Of a stretch of DNA of 64,000 nucleotides, positions 10,083 through 19,549 are shown piece after piece. The DNA is from an uncultured candidate division Zixibacteria bacterium (GTDB taxonomy: Bacteria; Zixibacteria; MSB-5A5; GN15; FEB-12), in assembly GCA_963806185.1 (NCBI GenBank), contig CAWDXE010000007.1, forward strand, positions 960,001 to 1,024,000, given 5' to 3'. How positions within the stretch are numbered: position 1 is the first letter of the stretch; the number at the start of each line of letters is the position of its first letter. The notes under the pieces were generated by a model that was given only the letters and a program-made list of their open reading frames with translations, searched no databases and was not told the origin of the DNA. A program made the position numbers and the translations under genes.

Positions 10083-10457
10083 TTAACCCAGATTGTAGAA
10101 GGCTTCAAACGGACGCAAGTGGCCGCCATCAGTGTATTCGCCGGTAACCTTGACGGCTACACCAATGCTGCGCGTCCCCACCGAAGTCGGTTGTTCGAAG
10201 GAGACAACGACGCTGGAAAGGCGGCGTTCGTACTTCTGAATAGCGTCACGGAGTCCGGAGCGAAGTTCAGATTTATTAGATGCCTGAATGTCGGCGTATT
10301 CGCGATCCCAGATGACCGAGCCGTATTCAGGATCGAACGGCAGTTGGCCCTTGCGAGTGGAGAGAATCAGACCAATCGAATACATGATTGACTCCTGCAG
10401 CGAAACGGACGGAAGATAGCCGTCGCGCAGGACGAGTGGAAGACCGAGGTAACGCAT
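10083..10457 (-). CDS. tssE: T6SS baseplate wedge TssE (gp25-like)
   Basis: LILSTRKGQLPFDPEYGSVIWD and AIQKYERRL gp25 motifs; TAATG overlap with vgrG. Confidence 0.9.
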   Translation of the reverse strand: MRYLGLPLVLRDGYLPSVSLQESIMYSIGLILSTRKGQLPFDPEYGSVIWDREYADIQASNKSELRSGLRDAIQKYERRLSSVVVSFEQPTSVGTRSIGVAVKVTGEYTDGGHLRPFEAFYNLG

Positions 10458-12319
10458 TAGTTAATCTTCACCGGCATACCCTGCACGGTGAGCGGGCCGT
10501 TGGCCTTGACCGTTCCAGTAGCGGCGCCCTCGACCGACAGAGTCGTGCCCTTCACGGTACACGAGGCGGTAGCCTCGAGATTGGCGTTGCCGGTGGCGGT
10601 TAGTTTCATGTCAGCCGTGGCCTTGGCCGTAAAATTGGCTTTTGCGGTTTCTTCGATATTGCCGCCGGCGGAGACTTTGACATCCTTGCTGGTTGCCTCA
10701 ATCGTGACCGACTCCTGAGCCTTTAGCGTGATGTTCTTCGCAACCAGGTTGATGTCTTCTTCACTCTCGATGGTAATTGAGATGCCGCCACTGACGGCAT
10801 CGAGAATTATGCAATTCTTGGCCTTGGTCTGGCGGATAATGACTTTTTCGTTGCCCGGCGAATCGACGAAGAGGATTTCGTTGCCGGAGACGGTTCGCAA
10901 GATCTTGATCACGTCAGAACCGCTCTCGGAGGCCGCCACCTCGCTTCCATCGACTATGCCCTTTGGCGGCAAATCCTTGCCGTTGTGCATGACGCCGAGT
11001 ATAACCGGCCGATCGGGGTCGCCGTTTTCGAAGCCGACGAGCACTTCATCGCCGACGTCCGGAAACGAAAACCAGCCGCGATCATTGCCGGCATCAGGCC
11101 GGGCCATGCGGCACCAGAAGAGCGACTCGTTCGCCATCCACGGGAGCGTGACCCGTATCCGGCCCATCTTCTCGGGATCGTTATTGTCAGCCACCAACCC
11201 GTACTGCAAATGCGTGGACCGATTCGTTGGGTCGTTGACCGGCGCAAAGGCAAGATCGAGAGGAACAGCCTGGAAACGGTTATGATACTGACCGCTATCG
11301 TTGATCACATGCGTTATTTCCGTGAGCCAGTACATGCCTCCGACGTTGCCGAGTTTGGCAATTTCGACACAACCGCCGAGGCCGATCGAGAGATCAATCG
11401 ATTGACCAATGGCCGTGACCAGTCGTCCCGCAGCACCGGAGCTCTGATTCTGCACAACTGCCTGCACATGGCTGGGAGAAGCTACTGAAGGGACATAAGA
11501 GAAATTGGCGGCGCTGTTGTAGATGGTTTTGGAGGCGTCGACGGAGGCCTTGATCAATCCGGACACCGCGATGGAAGGGAATTTCTGGGTATGCGACACC
11601 CATTCTTTCTTCTTGGGGTCCATCAGTTGAGCGTCGAAACCCAGCGATGTCGTGCCGAGATCGAGCATAAAGCTTCCCAGCGTTTCCTCAAAAGGCAGTC
11701 GCACCGACGTGGAAGACGAAGCCTTGCCGACGATGAATTCCTTGCCGGTGTAATAGGCATACAGACCATTACGAGCAGCCAGCCGGCAGATGTACTCATA
11801 ATCGGTTTCGTTGAACTGATGCAGTTGTTCGCTTTGTTCTGACGTGGAGGTTATCACCCCCTTGGTGATATCGTATTCGCCGAGGATAGTATCAATGGCC
11901 TGAGAATCCGTCTGATTGAACAGAAGACGGTTGTGCCTGACACTGTCGAGCAAGCAGGTGGGGCTTTGGGCCTCGATCAAGATCCAGTTGGCACCATCGA
12001 CGGAATTCTCTAAAGCGACACGAGTAATGAGACCGATGAAAGTCAGGCTTTTGTCACTTCCGGTGAGATTATCGAATGGCTTGATGGTAACCGTGATTTT
12101 TTCGCCGAGACCGTTGGTGTACGGCGTCGGGTCGATCGGGTCATTTGGGCCGAGTGCACCGACCTCCTTGACGCGCACGTTCAGGACGTGATGACCATCG
12201 ATGCGCTGGATCAGTTCCACGCCGGAGACGGATGCCTCGAGGGTCGTTTGACCGATGCGCACGTCGCAGAAGACGGAGATTTCGATCTTGGGCGTATACG
12301 GCGAATTGGATTGCTTCAT
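10457..12319 (-). CDS. vgrG: T6SS spike VgrG (gp27/gp5-OB, short beta-helical tip, no effector extension)
   Basis: QFNETDYEYICRLA; DNNDPEKMGRIRVTLPW; PDVGDEVLVGFENGDPDRPVILG. An in-frame TTG at 12322 is an alternative start. Confidence 0.93.
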   Translation of the reverse strand: MKQSNSPYTPKIEISVFCDVRIGQTTLEASVSGVELIQRIDGHHVLNVRVKEVGALGPNDPIDPTPYTNGLGEKITVTIKPFDNLTGSDKSLTFIGLITRVALENSVDGANWILIEAQSPTCLLDSVRHNRLLFNQTDSQAIDTILGEYDITKGVITSTSEQSEQLHQFNETDYEYICRLAARNGLYAYYTGKEFIVGKASSSTSVRLPFEETLGSFMLDLGTTSLGFDAQLMDPKKKEWVSHTQKFPSIAVSGLIKASVDASKTIYNSAANFSYVPSVASPSHVQAVVQNQSSGAAGRLVTAIGQSIDLSIGLGGCVEIAKLGNVGGMYWLTEITHVINDSGQYHNRFQAVPLDLAFAPVNDPTNRSTHLQYGLVADNNDPEKMGRIRVTLPWMANESLFWCRMARPDAGNDRGWFSFPDVGDEVLVGFENGDPDRPVILGVMHNGKDLPPKGIVDGSEVAASESGSDVIKILRTVSGNEILFVDSPGNEKVIIRQTKAKNCIILDAVSGGISITIESEEDINLVAKNITLKAQESVTIEATSKDVKVSAGGNIEETAKANFTAKATADMKLTATGNANLEATASCTVKGTTLSVEGAATGTVKANGPLTVQGMPVKIN

Positions 12320-12327
12320 CAATAGTC

Positions 12328-12357
12328 AAAGAGGGCGGCGGAATACCACCGCCCCTC
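12328..12357 (-). terminator. Intrinsic terminator/attenuator hairpin between hcp and vgrG
   Basis: GC-rich inverted repeat (gagggcggcg-gaata-ccaccgcccctc) followed on the minus strand by TTT. Confidence 0.6.
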
Positions 12358-12371
12358 CATAGTCGGTAAGG

Positions 12372-12776
12372 TTATTCCTGCCACCGGTTATCGATGCTGG
12401 CGTCAGCAATGCTGAGCGTCTGGCACGAAATCTGAAACTCCTCGTAGACCTGCTGGTCGGGACTCTCTTTGACGTGCGGAATAGTCTCCTTGTACGACGT
12501 AATGAAACCGTCGGTCCAGGTCAACTCTTTCATGACCGAGTCGTCGGGGTTGCGGAAGATGACCTTGCCGCCCTTCCAGTTCGGCTTTGCCGAGTTCATG
12601 GCCCAGGAAGCCATGGTGGTGTCAGCCGTCGATTCGCGGATGACGGTAATCACGCCGGCGTGGGCGCGGTCCGAGGGGCGACCGGTTTCGTCTTTCGCGG
12701 TATAAAGTACGTACGTGACCGAGTAGACGTTCGGATACGCGACTCCCTCAACTTCCAAAGTAGGCCGTCTTGCCAT
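12372..12776 (-). CDS. hcp: T6SS tube protein Hcp/TssD (Bacteroidota T6SS-iii type)
   Basis: 134 aa; DETGRPSDRAHAGVITVIRES, GKVIF...MKELTWTDGFITSYKE and FQISCQTL motifs; AAGGAG RBS. Confidence 0.88.
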   Translation of the reverse strand: MARRPTLEVEGVAYPNVYSVTYVLYTAKDETGRPSDRAHAGVITVIRESTADTTMASWAMNSAKPNWKGGKVIFRNPDDSVMKELTWTDGFITSYKETIPHVKESPDQQVYEEFQISCQTLSIADASIDNRWQE

Positions 12777-12853
12777 TTCCTTACTCCTTCTTCAGTGTAT
12801 AAATACCTGTCATTCTGTTGTCGTAAACAGTCGACCATGCTTCCGGCGGTCGT

Positions 12854-14281
12854 TCAGCTCTTGTCTTTGACGCCGGTCTTGCCGTCCTCGTTCCACGCCG
12901 CGAATTCGATAAAGAAGGTGCGGGCGGGATATTTCGGATTGAGCATGACCTTGATGTCGATTTCCTGACGCTTGCGCATTTCCTGGTCGGCGAAGATTTC
13001 GATTTTGTAATCTTCCAGGATCGAATCGGGGCCGGATATCGCCTTCATGAATTTCTCGATGTCGGTGCGCAGGGTGACGAGGAACTTCTCGTCGATTACG
13101 GTAAACGTCTGCTTATTGAGATAATTGCGGAGCGTCTTGTAGACGTAATCATAAGTCCGCCGGATCGAATAGACATTGAATGTCTCCTTGGTAAACAGGG
13201 TAGCGGCGCCCATCGCAACGGCAGAACCCTCGAAGTTTACCATGGGGTTGACGCCCTTTTCGTTGATCTTGCCGGCGTCGACCTGATTTACCTTGAAACG
13301 AAGGTACTTGGCGTCGCTGATCTTGCCGTGCTTGTAACCGGCCATCGGCTGCTGCATACCGGCCGTGGTGTCGCCCTGATACATCTTACCGGCGACGGAG
13401 GCTGACGGCGGCACCCACATGTCGTCATCTTCGTACTGATTAGCCGTGCGGGCAAGCACGTAGTTGGCGAAGATGGCCACATATTGCTTGTAATTGTCGA
13501 CGCCGGGCAGGTTGGCATAGTTCGGATCGTCAAGCATCTCCATGACCTCTTCGAACTTCTCGAAGTTTGGCAGATCGGTGAGCACCTGACACTTGTTGGC
13601 GAAGCCCAACTGCCGGGCGAAGTTGTCGACATTCTCGACACTGCCAAGATAGCCGGGAACAACGGCCATACCGAAGGCCTCCTTGATGCTGAATTCCCGA
13701 TAGAGGTCGGCGACGGCCTTGCAGAGTTGTTCGAACTTCTCTTTGTCGTTCGGGTCGGTCAGTTCTTCGGCCGACACATTGGCGAACCAGACGTTCACTT
13801 TTTCGTCAGGTTCCTGCTGGGCGTTGGCGAAGAACTTGTCGACGGCCCGGTAGGCGAGTTCGAGCTCGCGAGCAGTGCGATGGACGGTCTTCATGTTTTT
13901 GGAAAGGTTGGTCTCGAGTTTGGCCGCGGCCTCGGCGAGGCCCTTGCGCACGTCGTCGGGCGACTTGCTCGTGGACAGATGCTCCATCCAGAGTTTCATA
14001 CGATGGGCGAGAGTCTTCCGGCGGGCGGCAAATTCGGGTTTGTTGAGAAACTCCTTACGTTGAAACTCCTTTTTGGGGTCGAGCCATTCGACGCCGCTGA
14101 CCAGATCGTTGTCGGGAGTTTTGAACGACGGCATCAGAGCAGCCAGCTTGCTGTAGTCGCCGAACGAATCGGACAACAACGCCGCAAACTGGGCATCTGA
14201 AAGTCGGGCTTCAGTTTTCGCCGGAGCCTCGGCAAACGCCGGCTGTTCACCAGCCGATTCTTTTTTGACTTCATCAGACAT
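12854..14281 (-). CDS. tssC: T6SS contractile sheath large subunit TssC (T6SS-iii/DUF5458 type)
   Basis: RELELAYRAVDKFFAN, VVPGYLGS, VPPSASVAGKMY, QPMAGYKHG and PKYPARTF motifs. Confidence 0.9.
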   Translation of the reverse strand: MSDEVKKESAGEQPAFAEAPAKTEARLSDAQFAALLSDSFGDYSKLAALMPSFKTPDNDLVSGVEWLDPKKEFQRKEFLNKPEFAARRKTLAHRMKLWMEHLSTSKSPDDVRKGLAEAAAKLETNLSKNMKTVHRTARELELAYRAVDKFFANAQQEPDEKVNVWFANVSAEELTDPNDKEKFEQLCKAVADLYREFSIKEAFGMAVVPGYLGSVENVDNFARQLGFANKCQVLTDLPNFEKFEEVMEMLDDPNYANLPGVDNYKQYVAIFANYVLARTANQYEDDDMWVPPSASVAGKMYQGDTTAGMQQPMAGYKHGKISDAKYLRFKVNQVDAGKINEKGVNPMVNFEGSAVAMGAATLFTKETFNVYSIRRTYDYVYKTLRNYLNKQTFTVIDEKFLVTLRTDIEKFMKAISGPDSILEDYKIEIFADQEMRKRQEIDIKVMLNPKYPARTFFIEFAAWNEDGKTGVKDKS

Positions 14282-14296
14282 ATTGTGTCACCTCGG

Positions 14297-14737
14297 TTAT
14301 TCGCTCAACAGATCCACATAGTGCTGCATGATCTTCAGCAGCGCTTCTTTTTTTGCCTTATCCTCAAGCGTCTTGAGCAGCGCCTTGTTCTTTTTGAGCT
14401 GCTGTTCGAGATCATTGAGGATTTCCTTACCGTAGTACGTGTCACGCAGGTAGTCGTTCTTCTCAATCAGCTCTTTGGAGGTGAAATCCTTCATCGATTT
14501 GACATCGAAGTGGGCGTTGACCTGCTGGCCGTCGGTCGTTTCCAGTTGAGCTTCGAAGTTCGGCTGGAATTTTTCGAAGACCTCTTTCATGTTGGAGCAA
14601 CGGACCGGCGTGACGTCCGGGTTGTCTTCGGTATTCAACCGTGCCGCATAGAGCGTCTTGTTTGACTGCAACAACTCGACCGGAATCGAATCATCCTTTT
14701 TCACTTTCTCGGTGGCCCCGAGAACAAATTTGGCCAT
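14297..14737 (-). CDS. tssB: T6SS contractile sheath small subunit TssB (T6SS-iii type)
   Basis: NKTLYAARL, EVFEKFQPN, MKDF and QLKKNKAL motifs; directly before tssC; GGAGG RBS. Confidence 0.85.
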   Translation of the reverse strand: MAKFVLGATEKVKKDDSIPVELLQSNKTLYAARLNTEDNPDVTPVRCSNMKEVFEKFQPNFEAQLETTDGQQVNAHFDVKSMKDFTSKELIEKNDYLRDTYYGKEILNDLEQQLKKNKALLKTLEDKAKKEALLKIMQHYVDLLSE

Positions 14738-14757
14738 ATCCAGCCTCCAGGTCGTTA

Positions 14758-15876
14758 CTAGGCGTCTGCCCGTTTTTCTGTCGTAAAAATGTAGGCGTCA
14801 TTCTGCACATCGACCAGGACCCGGTCTCCTGACGCGATGGCGCCGGTGATGATGTCAACAGAAAGACGGTTTATTATATCGCGTTCAATTGTGCGTTGCA
14901 TGGGGCGCGCCCCAAGGTCGGGGACGTAGCCGTCGTGAGAGAGCTTGGTTTTCGCAGCCGGCGTCAGGACGGCCGTGATGTTCTGCTCTTTCAACATGTT
15001 GTTTACGGTCTCGAATTCCAGGACGGCGATCTTTTCGATCTGCTGCTGCGTGAAGGAGTGATACACGATGATATCGTTGAGCCGGTTGAGGAATTCGGGG
15101 CGGAACTTGCCGAAGAGGAAGCTGCGGACTTCTTCCATGTCGACCTCGCGTCCTTCGCGATCGGCCTCGAGAATGCGATCGGCGGCGTAGTTTGATGTCA
15201 GTACGACCATGCAGTTGGAGAAGTTGACCGTTCGCCCCTGACCGTCGGTAAGACGGCCATCGTCAAGCAACTGCAAAAGGACGTTGAACACGTCGGGGTG
15301 CGCCTTCTCGACTTCGTCGAAGAGGATAACCGAAAACGGTTTCCGTTTGACGGCTTCGGTCAGAAGGCCACCCGCCTCATAACCGACATAGCCGGGCGGC
15401 GCGCCGATCAACTTGGCGACGGAGTGGGGTTCCATGAACTCGGACATATCCATGCGGACCATGGCATTCTTATCGTCGAAGAGAAACTCGGCGAGCAGTT
15501 TCGGGAGGTAGGTCTTCCCCGTTCCGGTAGGGCCGAGGAAGAGAAAAGAGCCGATCGGGCGATTGGCCAGCTTAAGACCGGCGCGCGCTTTCCGCACGGC
15601 GTTGCAGATCGCCTTGATGGCGTTTTCCTGCCCGATGATCTTCTTCTGCAGGAACCCCTCCATGTTGACCAGACGGTCCTTTTCGGCGGTCATCATCTTG
15701 GAGAGCGGAATGCCTGTCCTCCGCGCCACGACCGCGGCAATATCTGACGCGTCGATGGTCTGATCGAGCTTGCCGACGACTGACTGCAACAACTCAAAGC
15801 GAGCCCGCTTGGCGTCAAAGGACGCCTTCAGCTGTTCGACGCGAACCGGTGTGGGCTTGATCTTCTTTTCGCTCAT
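14758..15876 (-). CDS. clpV: ClpV/ClpB-family AAA+ ATPase, C-terminal half (second nucleotide-binding domain)
   Basis: RPIGSFLFLGPTGTGKT, GAPPGYVGYE, LFDEVEKAHPDV and GARPMQR motifs; own ATG with GGAG 7 nt upstream, overlapping the previous stop (ATGA). Confidence 0.9.
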   Translation of the reverse strand: MSEKKIKPTPVRVEQLKASFDAKRARFELLQSVVGKLDQTIDASDIAAVVARRTGIPLSKMMTAEKDRLVNMEGFLQKKIIGQENAIKAICNAVRKARAGLKLANRPIGSFLFLGPTGTGKTYLPKLLAEFLFDDKNAMVRMDMSEFMEPHSVAKLIGAPPGYVGYEAGGLLTEAVKRKPFSVILFDEVEKAHPDVFNVLLQLLDDGRLTDGQGRTVNFSNCMVVLTSNYAADRILEADREGREVDMEEVRSFLFGKFRPEFLNRLNDIIVYHSFTQQQIEKIAVLEFETVNNMLKEQNITAVLTPAAKTKLSHDGYVPDLGARPMQRTIERDIINRLSVDIITGAIASGDRVLVDVQNDAYIFTTEKRADA

Positions 15877-17331
15877 ACGCCGGCTCCTGCTGCATCGATA
15901 CGATGCCCCCAGAGTTCATCGAGACGATTGACCGTGGCCTCGAATGTCTCGACGGCGGTTTTCAGTTTGCCGTACTCTTCGGATTCGGGATCAGGCTCTT
16001 TGCCGCCGAACGCAGCCAATTGCTTCTCGATCTCCTTCGCCTGCGCCTGCAGGGCGACGATCTTGTCCTTTCCGAATTCCTGCTTCACGGCATATTCCGA
16101 CGCGGCTTCGTCGATGATATCCAGCGCGATATCAGGGAGATTCCGTTCGGCCAGATAGCGGGTGGCGAACTTCACGGAGCCAACGATGGCGTCCTCAGTG
16201 TAGGTAATCTTGTGGTGCTCCTGGTACTTGGGAACGACGCCGCGGACAATGCGGATGGCTTCATCAGGAGAGGGTGGCTCAACCTTGACGCGTTCAAAGC
16301 GACGGTCCAGGGCCTTGTCTTTTTCAAGATGCTTGCTGTACTCTTCTTCCGTGGTCGCACCGACGAGGCGTATCTGACCGCGAGCCAGCGCCGGTTTAAG
16401 GAGATTGGCGGCATCCATGCCTCCGCCGGTTGAGCCGCCGCCACAAATCGTGTGGATTTCGTCGATGAAGAGCACAATGCGCCCGCCAGACTTGACGACG
16501 TCGCCCACGAGGGCCTTGAACCTCTCCTCAAATTCGCCTTTGTACTTGGCACCAGCGACGAGAGAACCCATGTCGACGCCCATGACTTTGACGCCGTGCA
16601 GGGAGCGCGGGACTTTTTCCTCAACTACGGCCTGAGCGAAGCCCTCGACGATGGCGGTTTTCCCTACACCGGCACCGCCGACGAGGACGGGACTGTTTTT
16701 GCGACGACGAAGCAGAATTTGAATGACTTGCTGGATTTCTTTGTCACGTCCGACGCAGATGTCAAATTGGCCGGCGGCCGCCTGATTGGTGAGATCTTCG
16801 CAATAACGGAGCGTCCCCGAGACCTCTTTGGAACCGGAATCAGAGTCACCGGATGACGGAGCGGTCGAACCGGCAGTCGCGATTTGCGCAACGGCCTTGG
16901 CCTCGGCGATCGCCTGGTAGATGTCTTCAGTGGTAACGCCGAGCCGATCACGCAGCACGCCGGGGAGCTTTGAGCGAACGTCGAAGGCGGCGATGAAAAT
17001 ATGCTCGGGCTCCACCAGCGCGTCGTATAGTTTGGCCTTCTCCTCAAGAGCCTGCGCCAAGGCATTCTGGGCCGCAGGGGACATTGTCAGGTTCTCTCTG
17101 ACGGAACTCTTCGACGGCTGTTCCTTCAGGAATTCTTCGACGATCGACTCAAGGTGGGCCCGGCTCTTCCCCAATTGCGAGAGGATGGACTCCAACCCTG
17201 ACCCTTCGTGGCGAATGGCAGCGACGAGGAGATGTGGCAAGTCAATTTCGGGGTGCCGGAAGGCGACGGCCACTTCCCTGGGCGGTGCGTATAACAGATC
17301 GAGAATCGGACGAATAATTGGCTATATCCAT
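15873..17331 (-). CDS. clpV: ClpV/ClpB-family AAA+ ATPase, N-terminal half (Clp-N repeats + first nucleotide-binding domain); apparent +1 frameshift near 17277
   Basis: VGRDKEI, GGAGVGKTAIVEG, LFIDEIH and DKALDRRF motifs. ATG 17331 gives MDIANYSSDSRSVIRTAQ, which joins EVAVAFRHPEID if one G of the GGG run is removed. Confidence 0.88.
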
Positions 17332-17395
17332 GCTTGATAGCGCCTTACCGCGTATTTGGTCTTAGATCCCGGATGTGAGCATCAAAGTTTGCCAA

Positions 17396-17425
17396 AAGGT
17401 ACGAATTCACAAATAAGCTTGTCAA
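17396..17425 (-). promoter_or_regulatory. Putative sigma70 promoter of the structural T6SS operon
   Basis: TTGACA-N18-TACCTT upstream of the clpV start. Confidence 0.5.
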
Positions 17426-17525
17426 GCGCAATTGGCCTGGAACGGCTTGCGCCGGCCTCAAACTTAGACCTCGTAGGTCTTTGAATAGGCATTGTACGCC
17501 GGGGATTCGCATTTCGACGCGAATT

Positions 17526-18215
17526 TCATCTGGCGTACAGGTCAAACCAGGAAAGATTCAACTCCTTTGCCCAGGACATAACGGCCCGACCAGGCGAAGC
17601 CTGCACTTTGAGAGTGACAAAACCGATCTGCCGGCCATCGCACCACCAATGCAGGTGGTCGATGTGATCCGAGTGATCGGGGGCGGTCGGGGGTTGCGTC
17701 TGAATCCCCAAAGTCAAACCGTCGTGGGTTTCCGTCTGCTGCGGTTCAAAACGAAGAGATTCCGTCAACACGGCCGCAGCTACTTTTTTGACGAATTCCA
17801 GGGTTGGTTGGTCGGGTGGCTTGGGCCAGTCCAGGGTGATGCTGATGAGACAGAAAGTCTGACCGATGTCGATCTGCTTTCCCGCCCATTGGTACCGGAC
17901 TCGCACGATATCGCACCGGTTTTGACGATCTCCGGCAAATGCAATATAGCGGGCATCGCCGGGTGGCTGGGCGGAATCGACCATGATTTGGTCAATCCAG
18001 GAAGTGGCAATCTCGACGGCTTCTTTCTGGCCAGGTGCGCGACCGGGTGTGGTACCAGCGGTCAGCGCATCCTCCTCCGTTTTGGTCAAGGAGACAAGTT
18101 GGGCACTTACGTTGTCAAATGGCATAGCCGATTCCTTCCCTTTCTCGGTTGGATTTCCGCAAACGGCCAGGACAAAAGCAATGGCAGTCAGGGTGGCAGC
18201 CTGGCACGGCTTCAT
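17526..18215 (-). CDS. Putative periplasmic immunity protein
   Basis: N-terminal signal MKPCQAATLTAIAFVLAVC (atypical lipobox); ATGA overlap with the upstream LysM effector. Confidence 0.55.
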   Translation of the reverse strand: MKPCQAATLTAIAFVLAVCGNPTEKGKESAMPFDNVSAQLVSLTKTEEDALTAGTTPGRAPGQKEAVEIATSWIDQIMVDSAQPPGDARYIAFAGDRQNRCDIVRVRYQWAGKQIDIGQTFCLISITLDWPKPPDQPTLEFVKKVAAAVLTESLRFEPQQTETHDGLTLGIQTQPPTAPDHSDHIDHLHWWCDGRQIGFVTLKVQASPGRAVMSWAKELNLSWFDLYAR

Positions 18216-19549
18216 AGCGGCGGCATATGCGACCACGCCTCGGGATCCCATATTGCCTCCGGACAGGGGCCTGGATTCTTGCAGAAGCCGGCGGCGTTAC
18301 TCACCCAGACCGTGGCCACAACCATGGCCTCCATGGCCGCGGCCGGGGAATCATAACAGCTTTCGCCGATGCAGTAGTATTTCTCGCCGTATTTCACCGT
18401 TCCTTCAAAATTGTTCCACCCCTGGTAGGCCGTCTTGCGTTTCGAGTGATCGCGAAAGATAAGCTTCTCGCTCGCTCCGTGCGGAGGATCAGGATTTGGG
18501 TGGGTAGCCGCCACACCGCGCGACTCGTTGGCTTTGCCTGAGCGGTCGAATTTACCGCTTCCCTTCAGCATGCCGGGATACAGATGCCCGAGCACAAATT
18601 TGTCCGGCAGGCCGAGCATTTGACAACTCTTTTGGAAGAGGTCGGCCAGGGCGTTGCATTCGGCACGTACTCCGCCGAAGATCTTCCAGACAGGATTGGG
18701 ATACGGTGCGCCCAGAAAGTAGTGGCCGATCTCCTGGCCGGAAATTACTTTGAAGACGGCATCAACATACCCCTGTTCATCGCGGGGAGACTCGGGATTA
18801 TCCGTGAAATATTTATCCACCCATGTTGTGAGCGCATACAGCCGCTTGACGGTCGGGGCGCTGCCGTACGGCTTGTCGTAGGTCAGCATGATATGGTGAG
18901 GGCCGGTGGGTCCGAGGTCAAACTTACGCTTGCCGATGTCGACCTCCCAGGACAACTGGACCTTCCAAGTCGCGATTTCATCCCACAATGGGGCTTCAGC
19001 TTCGAGGGTGGCCTCACCCCGGCCGTTTTCAATCTTAAATTCCTGGTCAACGAAAGACACTTTGAGCTGGTCACCCTTGACTCGGACGATGGCCTGCTCG
19101 GTGACGTGGTCGGCAGGCAGTGCTTCCACTTCGACAGTGATCTTGAGTTTCTGATGCTTGGTGTGTGAGATAGGGGAGTTGAGACGAGGGGTCCACTCCG
19201 GTTTGGGGAAGCGGTTTCCCGTATCGGTCCAGTCACGTTTGTTGTCGAGGAGCAGGTCGTGATCGGAGACGAACTTCAGGCCCTTAATGGAGAGGGATTC
19301 TATCTTGCGTGGGGCACGCCGGAAGAAACGAAAGATGCCGCCCGTGTGACTTCGGGCGCGATTGGGAGTGGCAGGAATCCAGACACGCTCGCCAACCGAG
19401 AGTTCGTTATGGTCAGGGTGTTTCTTTCGAAAGCTCTCGTTCCGGTCGTGGTAGTAGATCACTTTCCAGTCGGCCAGACCGTAGGTTCGGGCCAGGCGTG
19501 AGAGCGACTCTCCACGCTCGACAACATGATAGAATCCACCGTTGCTCAT
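18212..19549 (-). CDS. LysM-domain putative T6SS effector with transglutaminase/papain-like Cys domain
   Basis: LysM: YHVVERGESLSRLARTYGLADWKVIY...LSVGERVWIP. C-terminal AECNALADLFQKSCQMLG motif; no signal peptide. Confidence 0.65.
   Translation of the reverse strand: MSNGGFYHVVERGESLSRLARTYGLADWKVIYYHDRNESFRKKHPDHNELSVGERVWIPATPNRARSHTGGIFRFFRRAPRKIESLSIKGLKFVSDHDLLLDNKRDWTDTGNRFPKPEWTPRLNSPISHTKHQKLKITVEVEALPADHVTEQAIVRVKGDQLKVSFVDQEFKIENGRGEATLEAEAPLWDEIATWKVQLSWEVDIGKRKFDLGPTGPHHIMLTYDKPYGSAPTVKRLYALTTWVDKYFTDNPESPRDEQGYVDAVFKVISGQEIGHYFLGAPYPNPVWKIFGGVRAECNALADLFQKSCQMLGLPDKFVLGHLYPGMLKGSGKFDRSGKANESRGVAATHPNPDPPHGASEKLIFRDHSKRKTAYQGWNNFEGTVKYGEKYYCIGESCYDSPAAAMEAMVVATVWVSNAAGFCKNPGPCPEAIWDPEAWSHMPPL

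Noticed and set aside
8430..14737. Prophage tail or extracellular contractile injection system (eCIS/Afp)
   Set aside because: Two-part TssB/TssC sheath, TssK and ClpV are present; no tape measure, tail fibre, capsid, terminase or lysis genes were seen.
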